A DNA stretch of 64,000 bases from Candidatus Falkowbacteria bacterium (GCA_018651725.1 JABIDK010000019.1:3894-67893); one strand, 5' to 3'; counted from the first letter of the stretch, positions 10,216 through 19,420 are shown. Translations and numbers: made by a program. Notes: generated from the sequence alone by a model not told the origin.

Positions 10216-10782
10216 TTATATTAATTTATGTTTTGTAATATACTCTCCGAATTCCTTGAAAGCTTTTGCTCTTTGGGAAAAAGAATTTTTCTCTTCCAGG
10301 GACATTTCAGAAATAGTTTTTGTTTTACCTTCTGGAATAAATATTCTGTCATAAGGCATTGCATCTTTATCTTGATTATATACTTTTTCTGTAATAACTC
10401 CTTTCATAACTCCCTCAAATAAAACTGCTTCTTCACCCGGCTTACAATACGCCGCCACTGTTTTAAAATAAGCATCTCTTTTTTCATTTTCAAGCAATTT
10501 AAAAATACCCTTATAACCAAGAGTATTATATACAAACTTAGGAAGAGCGCCGGGAAAACCATCATACGCCTCAAAAAACAAACCCGTATCTTCTAGGATA
10601 ACTGGCTTATTAAGTTCATTAGCAAGTTTCTTAACAGCGTCTCTAGCAATATCTTCTATCTGATCATCATGATTTTCTTCATACTCCATATCAAGTTGCT
10701 CTAACTCAACAGGATAATCTTTCAACACATCCCGAACCTCTTGAAATTTATGTTTATTAGTTGTAACAAATACTATTTTCAT
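10216..10782 (-). CDS. Non-canonical purine NTP pyrophosphatase (Ham1/RdgB ITPase family)
   Basis: N-terminal KIVFVTTNKHKFQE. The ILEDTGL...YDGFPGA and FSQRAKAF motifs are typical of Ham1. Confidence 0.75.
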   Translation of the reverse strand: MKIVFVTTNKHKFQEVRDVLKDYPVELEQLDMEYEENHDDQIEDIARDAVKKLANELNKPVILEDTGLFFEAYDGFPGALPKFVYNTLGYKGIFKLLENEKRDAYFKTVAAYCKPGEEAVLFEGVMKGVITEKVYNQDKDAMPYDRIFIPEGKTKTISEMSLEEKNSFSQRAKAFKEFGEYITKHKLI

Positions 10783-10798
10783 GTTTATTTTTTATTTT

Positions 10799-12433
10799 TC
10801 ACTCTTCCCCGTAAACAGCGCTCCATAGTAGTAAATAGCCTATCCCAAGCGGATGGTTTAGGTAGGGGGTGAAAAAATGGATTGCTGTTAATGCGATTAC
10901 TCCGAGTATACTTCCGAGGATTATTTTGTTTTGTTGCTTTTGATGACCTTGTTTTATGATCTGGAATAGTAATAGTAAATATGCCAACAAACCAAAGAGG
11001 CCTAGTTTTAGCCAGATGTCTAAATAGCCCCATTCGAAGGCGTAGGTTGTGTAGAGTCCGTTGGGGTTGTTTTCTAGGGCGCGGGGGTCTTCGGTTTTGT
11101 AGGTAACTGTTTTGCCGAAGCCGGCTCCGAGGATGGAATTTTCTTTTACCTCTTTCCATAATGGTTTTAATAGTCCCCAGCGACTACCGATAGCAACGTC
11201 GTCTTCAGTTGCTCTTTTACTAAGTGATGAAATAAAATCAATGTCTGATCTTTCTCGAAAAGGAATCGGCGCTTCGATTAAAAACCCACTTAAACCGATT
11301 GCGGAAACAAAAATAACTAGAACAACCAAAAAACTTACAAAAATAGATTTTATTTTCTCCTTTTTAAAGACAAGATGATAAATATAATAAACAAAAAAAG
11401 TTGCAATAATTCCAACCGCAAAGCTACGGGAGAAACTTATAATGATCACACTTGCCAAAAAAATTATTAAACTTAAAAATAATTTGTTGCTTTTTATGCT
11501 TTCGGGGGCTGTTGCAAAGCACCGGTTTTGAGATAAGTTTTCAGATTTTAAGGAAATTTCTTTATCAAATTTTTTGCTTATGCACCCGCATAGGCCAAAA
11601 ATTTTAGAAAGAAATTTACTAAAATATGGAAATTTAGACGAAATCGGTGCTTGGTGACAGCCCCACCTTTGAACAAATTTTTTGTTCAAAATTGGCAGTA
11701 AAATAAAAAAAGTTAAAACTGCGTAAATATGGGACTGTAAAAATATGCGGAAAAAACCTGTTTCCATTTTGGCAATTTCCCCTACTCCTGTTATGCGAAC
11801 CCAGCGATAAATTTCAGGAGTTATTCCGATAAAATTATGTGAAAAAATAAAAAGCAAAAAGAAGGTTTTTAATATTAAGGCTGTTAAAGCGGCGAGTAAC
11901 ACAGAAAACAGTTTATTAAAGTTGTCTTTTCTTATTACTTCAAAGATAGGGAAAGCTAGGAGAAAATATAACCAACCATTGGAATCAAAGAAAACATTAG
12001 ATAGTTGATTCTTGTGCATTATTCCGGAGATGACTCCGTAGATAATGAATAAAAATAAAATCAAAAAATAGGGGAATAACTTTGACTTTAAAAAAGCTAT
12101 TTCTAATTTTTTCGTTTTAAAATATTTTAAAAATACTTTAAAAGCAAAAACTGACATTACAACAGCGAATAATCCTATTCTGATTGAAATTGCTTTTTCT
12201 CCTGCTTCAAAATAAAAAAGGTAGCCTTTACTGGCTATTATTAACTCAGATAGAATAATCAATACTCCGTAAAAAAGATTTCGCCAAGCTAAAAATAAAA
12301 CACCAAGCAAAATTAAAATAAAAAATATTTTATTTAACAACGGAAAAGCAAAAGCGTATAAACTAAAAAACTCTATTAAAATAATAGAGTAAAACGCGAT
12401 CTTAAAATACTTTTTATCCAAAGCAAAATTCAT
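10799..12433 (-). CDS. Polytopic membrane protein, O-antigen-ligase/Wzy_C-like, carrying a ~54-codon hydrophilic insert that coincides with a palindromic repeat element
   Basis: More than 10 TM helices. The SxSRS motif (ISFSRSFAVG) resembles Wzy_C. Residues ~251-316 (KKFVQRWGCHQAP...ESIKSN) are non-membrane and map onto repeat 11503..11664. Confidence 0.45.
   Translation of the reverse strand: MNFALDKKYFKIAFYSIILIEFFSLYAFAFPLLNKIFFILILLGVLFLAWRNLFYGVLIILSELIIASKGYLFYFEAGEKAISIRIGLFAVVMSVFAFKVFLKYFKTKKLEIAFLKSKLFPYFLILFLFIIYGVISGIMHKNQLSNVFFDSNGWLYFLLAFPIFEVIRKDNFNKLFSVLLAALTALILKTFFLLFIFSHNFIGITPEIYRWVRITGVGEIAKMETGFFRIFLQSHIYAVLTFFILLPILNKKFVQRWGCHQAPISSKFPYFSKFLSKIFGLCGCISKKFDKEISLKSENLSQNRCFATAPESIKSNKLFLSLIIFLASVIIISFSRSFAVGIIATFFVYYIYHLVFKKEKIKSIFVSFLVVLVIFVSAIGLSGFLIEAPIPFRERSDIDFISSLSKRATEDDVAIGSRWGLLKPLWKEVKENSILGAGFGKTVTYKTEDPRALENNPNGLYTTYAFEWGYLDIWLKLGLFGLLAYLLLLFQIIKQGHQKQQNKIILGSILGVIALTAIHFFTPYLNHPLGIGYLLLWSAVYGEE
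11503..11664. repeat. ~162-bp nested palindromic element, copy A, in-frame inside CDS 10799..12433
   Basis: Outer inverted repeat GGGGCTGTTGCAAAGCACCGG / TCGGTGCTTGGTGACAGCCCC. The ~66-bp core gaaatttctttatcaaattttttgcttatgcacccgcataggccaaaaattttagaaagaaattta is ~85% identical to 19301..19366. There is an inner TATGC-N4-GCATA stem. Confidence 0.7.
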
Positions 12434-12437
12434 ATTC

Positions 12438-13445
12438 TTACCTCATCGTTGCCAAGCTTCTTTTGTAAAGCTCTAAATTCTCCAAAGCAATACCTGTTCC
12501 TTTAGCCACGCATAAAAGAGACTCGTCTGCAACATGAGCCGGTACTCCAATGGCTTTTGAAAGAAGTTTGTCTATATTTCTAAGCAAACTTGATCCACCA
12601 GACAAAATCATACCTTTATCAATTACATCAGCTGATAATTCCGGTGGGGTTTTTTGTAAAACTGATTTGGTAGCATCTATAATTCCTTCCAGATCGTCTT
12701 GAATAGCTTCAGTAACATCGTCGGAAGTTGCCACGATAGTTTTAGGAAGACCTTTTATCATATCTCTTCCTTTAACTTTCATAGACATTTTTTTATCAAG
12801 ATACATTGCTGAGCCAATGTTAATTTTTATTTCTTCAGCTGTTCGATCCCCTATCGCCAATCCATATTTTTTTCTAATAAATTCCGAAATCGAAGTATCA
12901 AATCTATTTCCACCGATTCTAACGGAAACGGAGTTCACAATTCCACCTAAAGAAATCACCGCGATTTCCGAAGTTCCTCCGCCAATATCAATTATCATAT
13001 GCCCTGATGGCGCGCCAATCGGAATGTTAGCTCCAATCGCCGCTACAATCGGCTCTTTAATAATATAGGCTGCTTTAGCTCCGGCAGCCATGGTTGCGTC
13101 AATCACAGCTCTTTTCTCTGTTGAAGTTATACCGGCTGGAACAGCTACCATTACCTCCGGGCGAAACAAACGAATATTCCCTAAAGCTTTATTGATAAAA
13201 TATTTAAGCATTGTTTCGGTTGTTTTATAGTCAGCAATAACACCATCTTTTAGCGGACGAGATGCCACAATAGAATCAGGTGTTCGTCCAATCATTTCTT
13301 TAGCCTCCACACCCACAGCTAAAATTTTATTGTCAGTTAAGGAAATGGCAACAACAGAGGGCTCGTTTATAACGATTCCTCTTTTCGGTACATACACTAA
13401 AATATTAGTTGTCCCAAGGTCAATGCCTATTTTTTTTAGAAACAT
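12438..13445 (-). CDS. mreB: Rod-shape-determining actin homologue MreB
   Basis: IGIDLGTTNILVYV phosphate-1 motif, full-length actin fold and DIGGGTSEIAVIS. Confidence 0.9.
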   Translation of the reverse strand: MFLKKIGIDLGTTNILVYVPKRGIVINEPSVVAISLTDNKILAVGVEAKEMIGRTPDSIVASRPLKDGVIADYKTTETMLKYFINKALGNIRLFRPEVMVAVPAGITSTEKRAVIDATMAAGAKAAYIIKEPIVAAIGANIPIGAPSGHMIIDIGGGTSEIAVISLGGIVNSVSVRIGGNRFDTSISEFIRKKYGLAIGDRTAEEIKINIGSAMYLDKKMSMKVKGRDMIKGLPKTIVATSDDVTEAIQDDLEGIIDATKSVLQKTPPELSADVIDKGMILSGGSSLLRNIDKLLSKAIGVPAHVADESLLCVAKGTGIALENLELYKRSLATMR

Positions 13446-13486
13446 AATTTTGTTTATTTGAATGATAACAAGCTATATTCTTTTGG

Positions 13487-14992
13487 TCAACTTTTTGTGC
13501 CTGATTTTTTTGTTACATTAAATCCTAAATATTTTCCAAGCATAAGTCTGGTTTGGGCGTCTATTGCCGGAATTGAACCGAAAATAATCATACAATAAGG
13601 AAACAGTAGCCACTGTAAAACCATGGTAAGATACCTATGGGATCCTTTTCCTTTTGGACGAGACGGTAAAGTCATAACGCTTAAAAATGCAGAAAAAGCT
13701 AAGCCAATCATAGCAAAATTCATTAAATACCGAAGAGCTATCGGGGCGTTTTGAGCTAAAACTGTTGATTTAACACCATCATTGGCGACATAAAGTGGGA
13801 GCCAACCCATAATGAAAATAACAAGAGGCGCGGTTGCCCAAGAATAAGTCCCTTCCAATTGATTCCATATATAACGAGCTTTTTTAAATGGCTTTATTTT
13901 TTTATTCCCCCACATATTCCACATCATATAAGGAAAATTTTCTACACCATAAGCCCAACGCCTGATCTGCTTATACTGATTTTTCATACTTTCCCAAAAA
14001 TTTCCCTGATAAGCGGTATTCATAGAAACAGGGATGAACATTGGTACTACTTCGTAATCGCCGTTATAGTGAACCATTCCTTGCAAACAAATTCTAGAGT
14101 CCTCTGTGACGATATCTCTTTGCCAAAATCCAAGCTCTACCAAAGCCTTAAAACTCATACTGTGTGATGAAAAAGTAAATAATCTTTCCGGGCGAGCCAA
14201 ATCACTAAAAAGCCAAAAAGTTGTGCTATTGTGAACTACTCTGATTAAAGCCGGTGAATCCCAAATATTATTATTATAAGTTGCGATTGGTTGATAGCTG
14301 GCGCGTAAACGATTTGGGTGGTTTAAAAAAATATAAGTTAAATAAGAAAAATATTCACGATGCGGACAAGTATCAACATCAAAATTAGATACAATCACCT
14401 GATCGTATGAAATATTTTGCTCGTCGATAAATTCTTTAGCTTTCTTTCCGGCAAAGTGAGCGTTTGATCCTTTGCCTGGCAAATCTCCCGGAATATCCTT
14501 TGGATGAACAGTGATCAATAACTTTAAAAATTTATCACCAAACTCTTGCTTTATTTTCCAAGCATAATTTTTAAAATTTTCTTCATCTCTTTCTTCTCCG
14601 GCCAAAACAACAATGAGTTTTTCAAGTGGATAATTTATTTTTATTAAATTTGAAAAAGTTTCTCGAAGAACTTCGTATGGTTCCTGAAAAGTTGGGAGAA
14701 CCAACAGATGATATATACTTCCCCACTCTTCTTGTTTTTCTTGTTTTAATTTTTCCAACCAATTTATTTTTTCGTGTTTACGATATTTTAGCCAAGAAAA
14801 CATCATATGAATAATCATATACAAAATTTTTGTCAGCCAATAAACATCAAAGATAATAACAAAATAAATCGCCCAAATTGTTTTAAAAACAGCAAGCAAA
14901 ACAAGACCAATCAAAGTAGACCAGACCAAAGCGCCCGGGATAATCTCTAAAATACGATGTTTTTGTTTTTTTGATAGTTTATTTAAAATCAT
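13487..14992 (-). CDS. Processive family-2 glycosyltransferase (cellulose/chitin/hyaluronan-synthase-like), membrane-embedded
   Basis: D,D,D residues, a TED motif (VTEDSRI) and a Q-x-x-R-W motif (QIRRW), flanked by N- and C-terminal TM helices. Confidence 0.7.
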   Translation of the reverse strand: MILNKLSKKQKHRILEIIPGALVWSTLIGLVLLAVFKTIWAIYFVIIFDVYWLTKILYMIIHMMFSWLKYRKHEKINWLEKLKQEKQEEWGSIYHLLVLPTFQEPYEVLRETFSNLIKINYPLEKLIVVLAGEERDEENFKNYAWKIKQEFGDKFLKLLITVHPKDIPGDLPGKGSNAHFAGKKAKEFIDEQNISYDQVIVSNFDVDTCPHREYFSYLTYIFLNHPNRLRASYQPIATYNNNIWDSPALIRVVHNSTTFWLFSDLARPERLFTFSSHSMSFKALVELGFWQRDIVTEDSRICLQGMVHYNGDYEVVPMFIPVSMNTAYQGNFWESMKNQYKQIRRWAYGVENFPYMMWNMWGNKKIKPFKKARYIWNQLEGTYSWATAPLVIFIMGWLPLYVANDGVKSTVLAQNAPIALRYLMNFAMIGLAFSAFLSVMTLPSRPKGKGSHRYLTMVLQWLLFPYCMIIFGSIPAIDAQTRLMLGKYLGFNVTKKSGTKS

Positions 14993-16401
14993 TCTTTAAA
15001 AAACGCTTTATACGCTTCATAAGCTGAATACACATCGGCCTTAGATGAAATTTCCATTGGCGCGTGCATATTAAGAAGAGCTACTCCGCAGTCAATAGTG
15101 TCTATGTTGCGGTTGGCTAAGTACATAGCAATTGTTCCTCCGCCTCCCTCATCAATTCTACCTAATCCGGCTGTCTGCCAGCTCACTTTGTTTTTGTTTA
15201 AAATATCTCTAATTTTATAAACATACTCAGCACTTGCTTCACTGCTGCTATATTTTCCGCCACTACCGGTGTGTTTTTCAATCGCCAATCCATACCCTAG
15301 TCTGGCGCTATTTCTTGGATCATAAACCTGTTTATAGTCAGGATCAAACCCGGCTGTCACATCAGACGAAAGAGCCTCTGAACGCTCAAAAATTTTATAA
15401 ACATTTTTCAAAGAAGACTCTTTGTTTGAAACTTCCAGTAACTCCAACAACAAGCTTTCTAAAAAAACAGATTTTAGCCCGCTTACGCCCTCGCTACCGA
15501 CTTCTTCTCTGTCTGTCCAAAAACAAATTTGCGTTCTATCAGTTTCGTTGCTATCTAAAATTGCCTGAAGTGAAGTATAAGCGCAAATTCGATCGTCCTG
15601 TCCGTAACCGGCTATTAAACTTCTATCAAAACCTAAGTCTCGCGCTTTCCCGGTTGGAACCGCTTGAAGCTCGGCGCTAAAAAAATCTTCTTCAATAATT
15701 TTATATTTTTTATTAAGATGCTCCAAAATTGCAATTTTAATTTTTTCTTTTATTTTTTTATCTTGAACCGGAATACTACCTACTACGATATTTAATTCTT
15801 CTCCCTCAATAGCTTCTTTTAAAGTTTTAGTTAATTGCTTTCTGGCCAAGTGTGGCAGAAGATCAGTAATCATAAAGATCGGCTCGTCTTCTTTTTCACC
15901 GATATTTATTTCTTGTTTTCTACCGTCCTTGGTAATAATCACTCCGTGCAATGCCAAAGGAATTGTTGGCCAATGATATTTTTTAATTCCGCCATAATAA
16001 TGAGTTTTGAAAAATGCCATTGATTCTTCTTCGTAAAGAGGCCTGACTTTTAAATCAAGATGAGGAGAGTCAATATGGGAAACAATAAAATTAACTCCGT
16101 CTTTAAGTAAGTCTTTGCCTAATTTTACCAGCGCCAGATTTTTATCTTTATTGACAAAATAAATTTTATTTCCTGATTTTTTCTTTTTAAATTCATCTAT
16201 TGAAATAAATCTGTTGGCTTGAGCAATCTTTATTCCCTTTTTAACACTTTCTCTTTCTGTTTTAGCGTTACTTAAAAAATCTTTGTAACCATCACAAAAC
16301 TTAAAAGCTTTCTGCTTTTTTTTCTCATCCCATTTTTCCCAACAGGACTTTTTCTCAAATAATAATTTTTTTTCTAAATTTGATTTTTCTTCTTTAGACA
16401 T
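14989..16401 (-). CDS. M18-family aminopeptidase (aminopeptidase 1 / ApeA-like)
   Basis: VSHIDSPHLDLK (M18 His-Asp), a C-terminal HAPMEISS motif, and a length typical of M18. Confidence 0.7.
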   Translation of the reverse strand: MSKEEKSNLEKKLLFEKKSCWEKWDEKKKQKAFKFCDGYKDFLSNAKTERESVKKGIKIAQANRFISIDEFKKKKSGNKIYFVNKDKNLALVKLGKDLLKDGVNFIVSHIDSPHLDLKVRPLYEEESMAFFKTHYYGGIKKYHWPTIPLALHGVIITKDGRKQEINIGEKEDEPIFMITDLLPHLARKQLTKTLKEAIEGEELNIVVGSIPVQDKKIKEKIKIAILEHLNKKYKIIEEDFFSAELQAVPTGKARDLGFDRSLIAGYGQDDRICAYTSLQAILDSNETDRTQICFWTDREEVGSEGVSGLKSVFLESLLLELLEVSNKESSLKNVYKIFERSEALSSDVTAGFDPDYKQVYDPRNSARLGYGLAIEKHTGSGGKYSSSEASAEYVYKIRDILNKNKVSWQTAGLGRIDEGGGGTIAMYLANRNIDTIDCGVALLNMHAPMEISSKADVYSAYEAYKAFFKE

Positions 16402-16547
16402 AAATTTTAATTGTAAGTTATAAATTATGAATTATAAATTACCCGCTTGCCGTAAATATAGCATTTCGGGTAAGTAAATTAAGAATATCATCGAGTAATC
16501 AAAAAATCAAGACTTGCAGAAAATTTTAAATAAGGTAAGATAAAATT

Positions 16548-17915
16548 ATGTCAAACCAACCTTCTATTGAAAAACTTCCTCCACAGAACCTTGAAGCTGA
16601 GCAATCTTTGCTTGGCTCTCTTCTGATCGATAAAAACGCTATTATTAAAGTAGCTGATATTGTATGTGAGGATGATTTTTATGAAGACAGACATAGAATA
16701 ATTTTTTCAGTTATATCTGAGCTTTACGAGAAACGACAGCCGATTGATCTTTTAAATCTTTCCAATCGATTAAAAGAAAAAAATAAAATCAAAAATATCG
16801 GCGGTCGAACTTATCTGGTAACCTTAACCAACGCTGTACCATCGGCCAGCCATGTTATATCTTATGCTGAGATAGTTTCTAAAAAAGCTACCTTACGTAG
16901 ACTTATTAATGCCAGTACGGAGATAACCTCCATGGCTTATGACGACTCTGGGGAGGCCGATAAACTTCTTGACGAGGCCGAGCAAAAACTTTTTTCTGTT
17001 TCTCGTCAACATTTAAAGCAAAACTTTGTTCCAATTCGCGATATTTTAGATGGAGCTTTCGATAGAATCGATGATTTACATAACAACAAAGGAAAATTAA
17101 GAGGTGTTCCAAGCGGATTTATTGATTTAGATAAAAAATTAGCCGGACTCCAAAAATCTGATTTATTAATTTTAGCAGCCAGGCCTTCAATCGGTAAAAC
17201 ATCTTTAGCTCTTGATATTGCGCGAAATGTTGCCAAAGAAAAAACTCCAGTTGGATTGTTTTCTTTGGAGATGAGCAAAGAACAGCTAGTTGATCGATTA
17301 ATTTGTGCTGAAGCTAACGTTGATTTATGGAAAATGAGAACCGGACAACTTTCAACTAAGGAAGGCGATGATGATTTTGCGCGAATAAATTACGCTATGG
17401 GGGAACTGGCTGAAATTGAAATTTATATCGATGACTCTGCTTCAGCTAATATTATGGAAATTAGAACAAAAGCTCGTAGATTAAAAATGGAACACGACAT
17501 CGGACTTGTGGTTATAGACTATCTTCAACTTATGGAAGGCCGTAAAAACGATAACCGTGTTCAAGAAATTTCAGAAATTTCCCGTGCCCTGAAAGGTTTA
17601 GCGCGCGAACTGAATATTCCGGTTCTAGCTTTATCTCAGCTGTCCCGTGGGGTTGAATCCCGCACCCCGCCGATTCCGAAACTGGCTGACCTGCGAGAGT
17701 CCGGTTCAATTGAACAAGACGCCGATGTGGTAATGTTTATTTACAGAGAAGATTATTACAAAAAAGATTCATCAAAACCAAATGTTGCTGAAATTCATAT
17801 CGCCAAACATAGAAACGGTCCAACCGGTATAGTAGATCTCTATTTCGAAGCTAACCAAGCCAGCTTTAAAAGTTTGGATAAAACAAATTTAGAAGAAAAA
17901 GAACCCTTTAATTGA
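16548..17915 (+). CDS. dnaB: Replicative DNA helicase DnaB (no intein)
   Basis: N-terminal PPQNLEAEQSLLGSLL, Walker A ARPSIGKTS, Walker B VVIDYLQL. The 455-aa length argues against an intein. Confidence 0.92.
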   Translation: MSNQPSIEKLPPQNLEAEQSLLGSLLIDKNAIIKVADIVCEDDFYEDRHRIIFSVISELYEKRQPIDLLNLSNRLKEKNKIKNIGGRTYLVTLTNAVPSASHVISYAEIVSKKATLRRLINASTEITSMAYDDSGEADKLLDEAEQKLFSVSRQHLKQNFVPIRDILDGAFDRIDDLHNNKGKLRGVPSGFIDLDKKLAGLQKSDLLILAARPSIGKTSLALDIARNVAKEKTPVGLFSLEMSKEQLVDRLICAEANVDLWKMRTGQLSTKEGDDDFARINYAMGELAEIEIYIDDSASANIMEIRTKARRLKMEHDIGLVVIDYLQLMEGRKNDNRVQEISEISRALKGLARELNIPVLALSQLSRGVESRTPPIPKLADLRESGSIEQDADVVMFIYREDYYKKDSSKPNVAEIHIAKHRNGPTGIVDLYFEANQASFKSLDKTNLEEKEPFN

Positions 17916-17957
17916 TAATTTTAATTTTTAAATTTTAAATATTTGAATCTCATCCTG

Positions 17958-17990
17958 TTTAGATGTTTAGATATTTATATGTTTAAATAA
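17958..17990. promoter_or_regulatory. Tandem 8-mer array GTTTAGAT GTTTAGAT ATTTATAT GTTTAAAT ending 8 nt upstream of the ybaB ATG. Second copy of the array found upstream of rpoD.
   Basis: Direct reading. Shared with 1956..1991. Confidence 0.4.
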
Positions 17991-17995
17991 ATTTT

Positions 17996-18271
17996 ATGTT
18001 CGACAAACTAAAACAACTTAGAGAAATGCAAAAACAAGCTAAAGAAGTTCAAAAAACTTTGGCCGACGAAATTATTACCGTTCAAAAAGGAGAACTGGAA
18101 ATTAAAATCAACGGGAACATGGAAATCCAATCCATTAACATTGCTTCTATGGAAAGTAAAGAAGATTTAGAAAGAGATATAAAAGAAGGCATGAACAATG
18201 CCATTAAAGAAGCCCAACAAGTAATGGCTAAAAAGATGATGGGCGGTGGAATGAGCTTGCCGGGAATGTAA
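17996..18271 (+). CDS. ybaB: Nucleoid-associated protein YbaB/EbfC
   Basis: ~90 aa, with MFDKLKQLREMQKQAKEVQ. Conserved dnaX-ybaB-recR neighbourhood: recR follows 5 nt downstream. Confidence 0.8.
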   Translation: MFDKLKQLREMQKQAKEVQKTLADEIITVQKGELEIKINGNMEIQSINIASMESKEDLERDIKEGMNNAIKEAQQVMAKKMMGGGMSLPGM

Positions 18272-18276
18272 ATTAA

Positions 18277-18870
18277 ATGTTTCCTACTCCAATTAAAAAT
18301 CTTATAGACCACTTTACTCGCTTGCCGGGCATTGGTATGAAAACTTCGGAGAAGTTTGTTTTTTATTTACTAAAAAGGTCTCCTGCCGAGCTGGAACAGT
18401 TTGCTCGGGCAATTTTAAGTTTAAAAAGCAATATTACTATTTGTAACGAATGTTATAATTTCTCTGAAAAATCACCCTGCGGAATATGCAACGATCAAAA
18501 TCGAAATAAGGAGATAATCTGTGTAGTTGCAAAGCCACAAGATATTCACCCAATAGAAACAACCGGAAAATTCAGCGGGGTTTACCATGTTCTCGGAGGA
18601 GTTATCGATAATCTAAACGGCATCACCCCGGATAAATTAAATGTCAATCAACTAATAGACCGTTTACAAAAAAATAATATTCAAGAAATAATTTTAGCGT
18701 TTAACCCGGATATTGGCGGAGAAGAAACTACAATGTATTTAAGAAAAATTCTTGAGCCATTCAATATAAAAACAACCAGACTTGGCCGAGGCCTCCCAAT
18801 GGGCGCAGACCTAGAGTACGCCGACGAAGTAACACTGTCCAATGCGCTGGAATATAGGAACGAACTGTAA
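18277..18870 (+). CDS. recR: Recombination protein RecR
   Basis: HhH (LIDHFTRLPGIGMKTSEKF), a C4 zinc finger (CNECYNF...CGIC) and a Toprim domain. Confidence 0.92.
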   Translation: MFPTPIKNLIDHFTRLPGIGMKTSEKFVFYLLKRSPAELEQFARAILSLKSNITICNECYNFSEKSPCGICNDQNRNKEIICVVAKPQDIHPIETTGKFSGVYHVLGGVIDNLNGITPDKLNVNQLIDRLQKNNIQEIILAFNPDIGGEETTMYLRKILEPFNIKTTRLGRGLPMGADLEYADEVTLSNALEYRNEL

Positions 18871-18875
18871 AAAAT

Positions 18876-18907
18876 AAAAAAAGCGTTTTAGAAGAAACGC
18901 TTTTTTT
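18876..18907. terminator. Bidirectional rho-independent terminator between the convergent recR and rplU genes
   Basis: aaaaaGCGTTTTagaaGAAACGCttttttt: a 7-bp GC-containing stem flanked by an A-run and a T-run. Confidence 0.7.
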
Positions 18908-18917
18908 ATTGTATATT

Positions 18918-19232
18918 CTATCCAATTTTTCCAATTTTTACTTTTGTAAACGGTTGTCTGTGACCGTATACTTTTTTGTATCTTGTTTTGGCTTTGTATT
19001 TTACAACTTCTACTTTTTTGTCTCTTCCTTGCTCTAAAACTTCAGCCTCTATTTTTACATCTTTAACTAAAGGCTCGCCAATTTTTATATTTTCTCCTTT
19101 TTCATCAGAAACAAGCAAAACTTCTTCAAAGTTCACCTTTTTCCCAACTTCAGTATCGATTTTTTCAATTTTTAATTCTTGACCCTCGGCAACTTTATAC
19201 TGTTTACCGCCGGTTTTTATCACTGCTAACAT
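18918..19232 (-). CDS. rplU: 50S ribosomal protein L21
   Basis: MLAVIKTGGKQYKVAEGQ...KVVEVVKYKAKTRYKKVYGHRQPFTKVKI. The start is trimmed to the conserved M of MLAVIKTGGKQ. Confidence 0.9.
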   Translation of the reverse strand: MLAVIKTGGKQYKVAEGQELKIEKIDTEVGKKVNFEEVLLVSDEKGENIKIGEPLVKDVKIEAEVLEQGRDKKVEVVKYKAKTRYKKVYGHRQPFTKVKIGKIG

Positions 19233-19253
19233 AAATTTAAAAACTAAACCCAT

Positions 19254-19420
19254 AGACTGGTTACATAATAAGCTATGTTACGAAATTCTCAGATTTTGAG
19301 GAAATTTCTTTTAAAAATTTTTTGCTTATGCCTTAGCATAGGCCGAAAATTTTTAAAAGAAATTTACCAAAATACGGGGATTGCAGTAATAGCTTATTGT
19401 GTAACCGGTCTATTACAAAG
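19254..19420. repeat. ~161-bp nested palindromic element, copy B, in the rplU 5' leader, bounded by inverted copies of a 22-bp dyad motif
   Basis: TIR-like ends tagactGGTTACATAATAAGCTATGTTAC ... GTAATAGCTTATTGTGTAACCggtcta. The core 19301..19366 (gaaatttcttttaaaaattttttgcttatgccttagcataggccgaaaatttttaaaagaaattta) is itself a 21-bp-arm palindrome around TATGC-N4-GCATA. Confidence 0.7.

Noticed and set aside
10785-11159. 124-aa arginine-rich ORF overlapping the 3' end of CDS 10799..12433 in another frame
   Set aside because: The same strand is already occupied by the long membrane-protein ORF. The odd R/P-rich composition is what an off-frame read of a locally GC-rich coding segment gives.
16548-17915. 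Intein in DnaB
   Set aside because: The protein is 455 aa with contiguous Walker A and B motifs, so there is no insertion.
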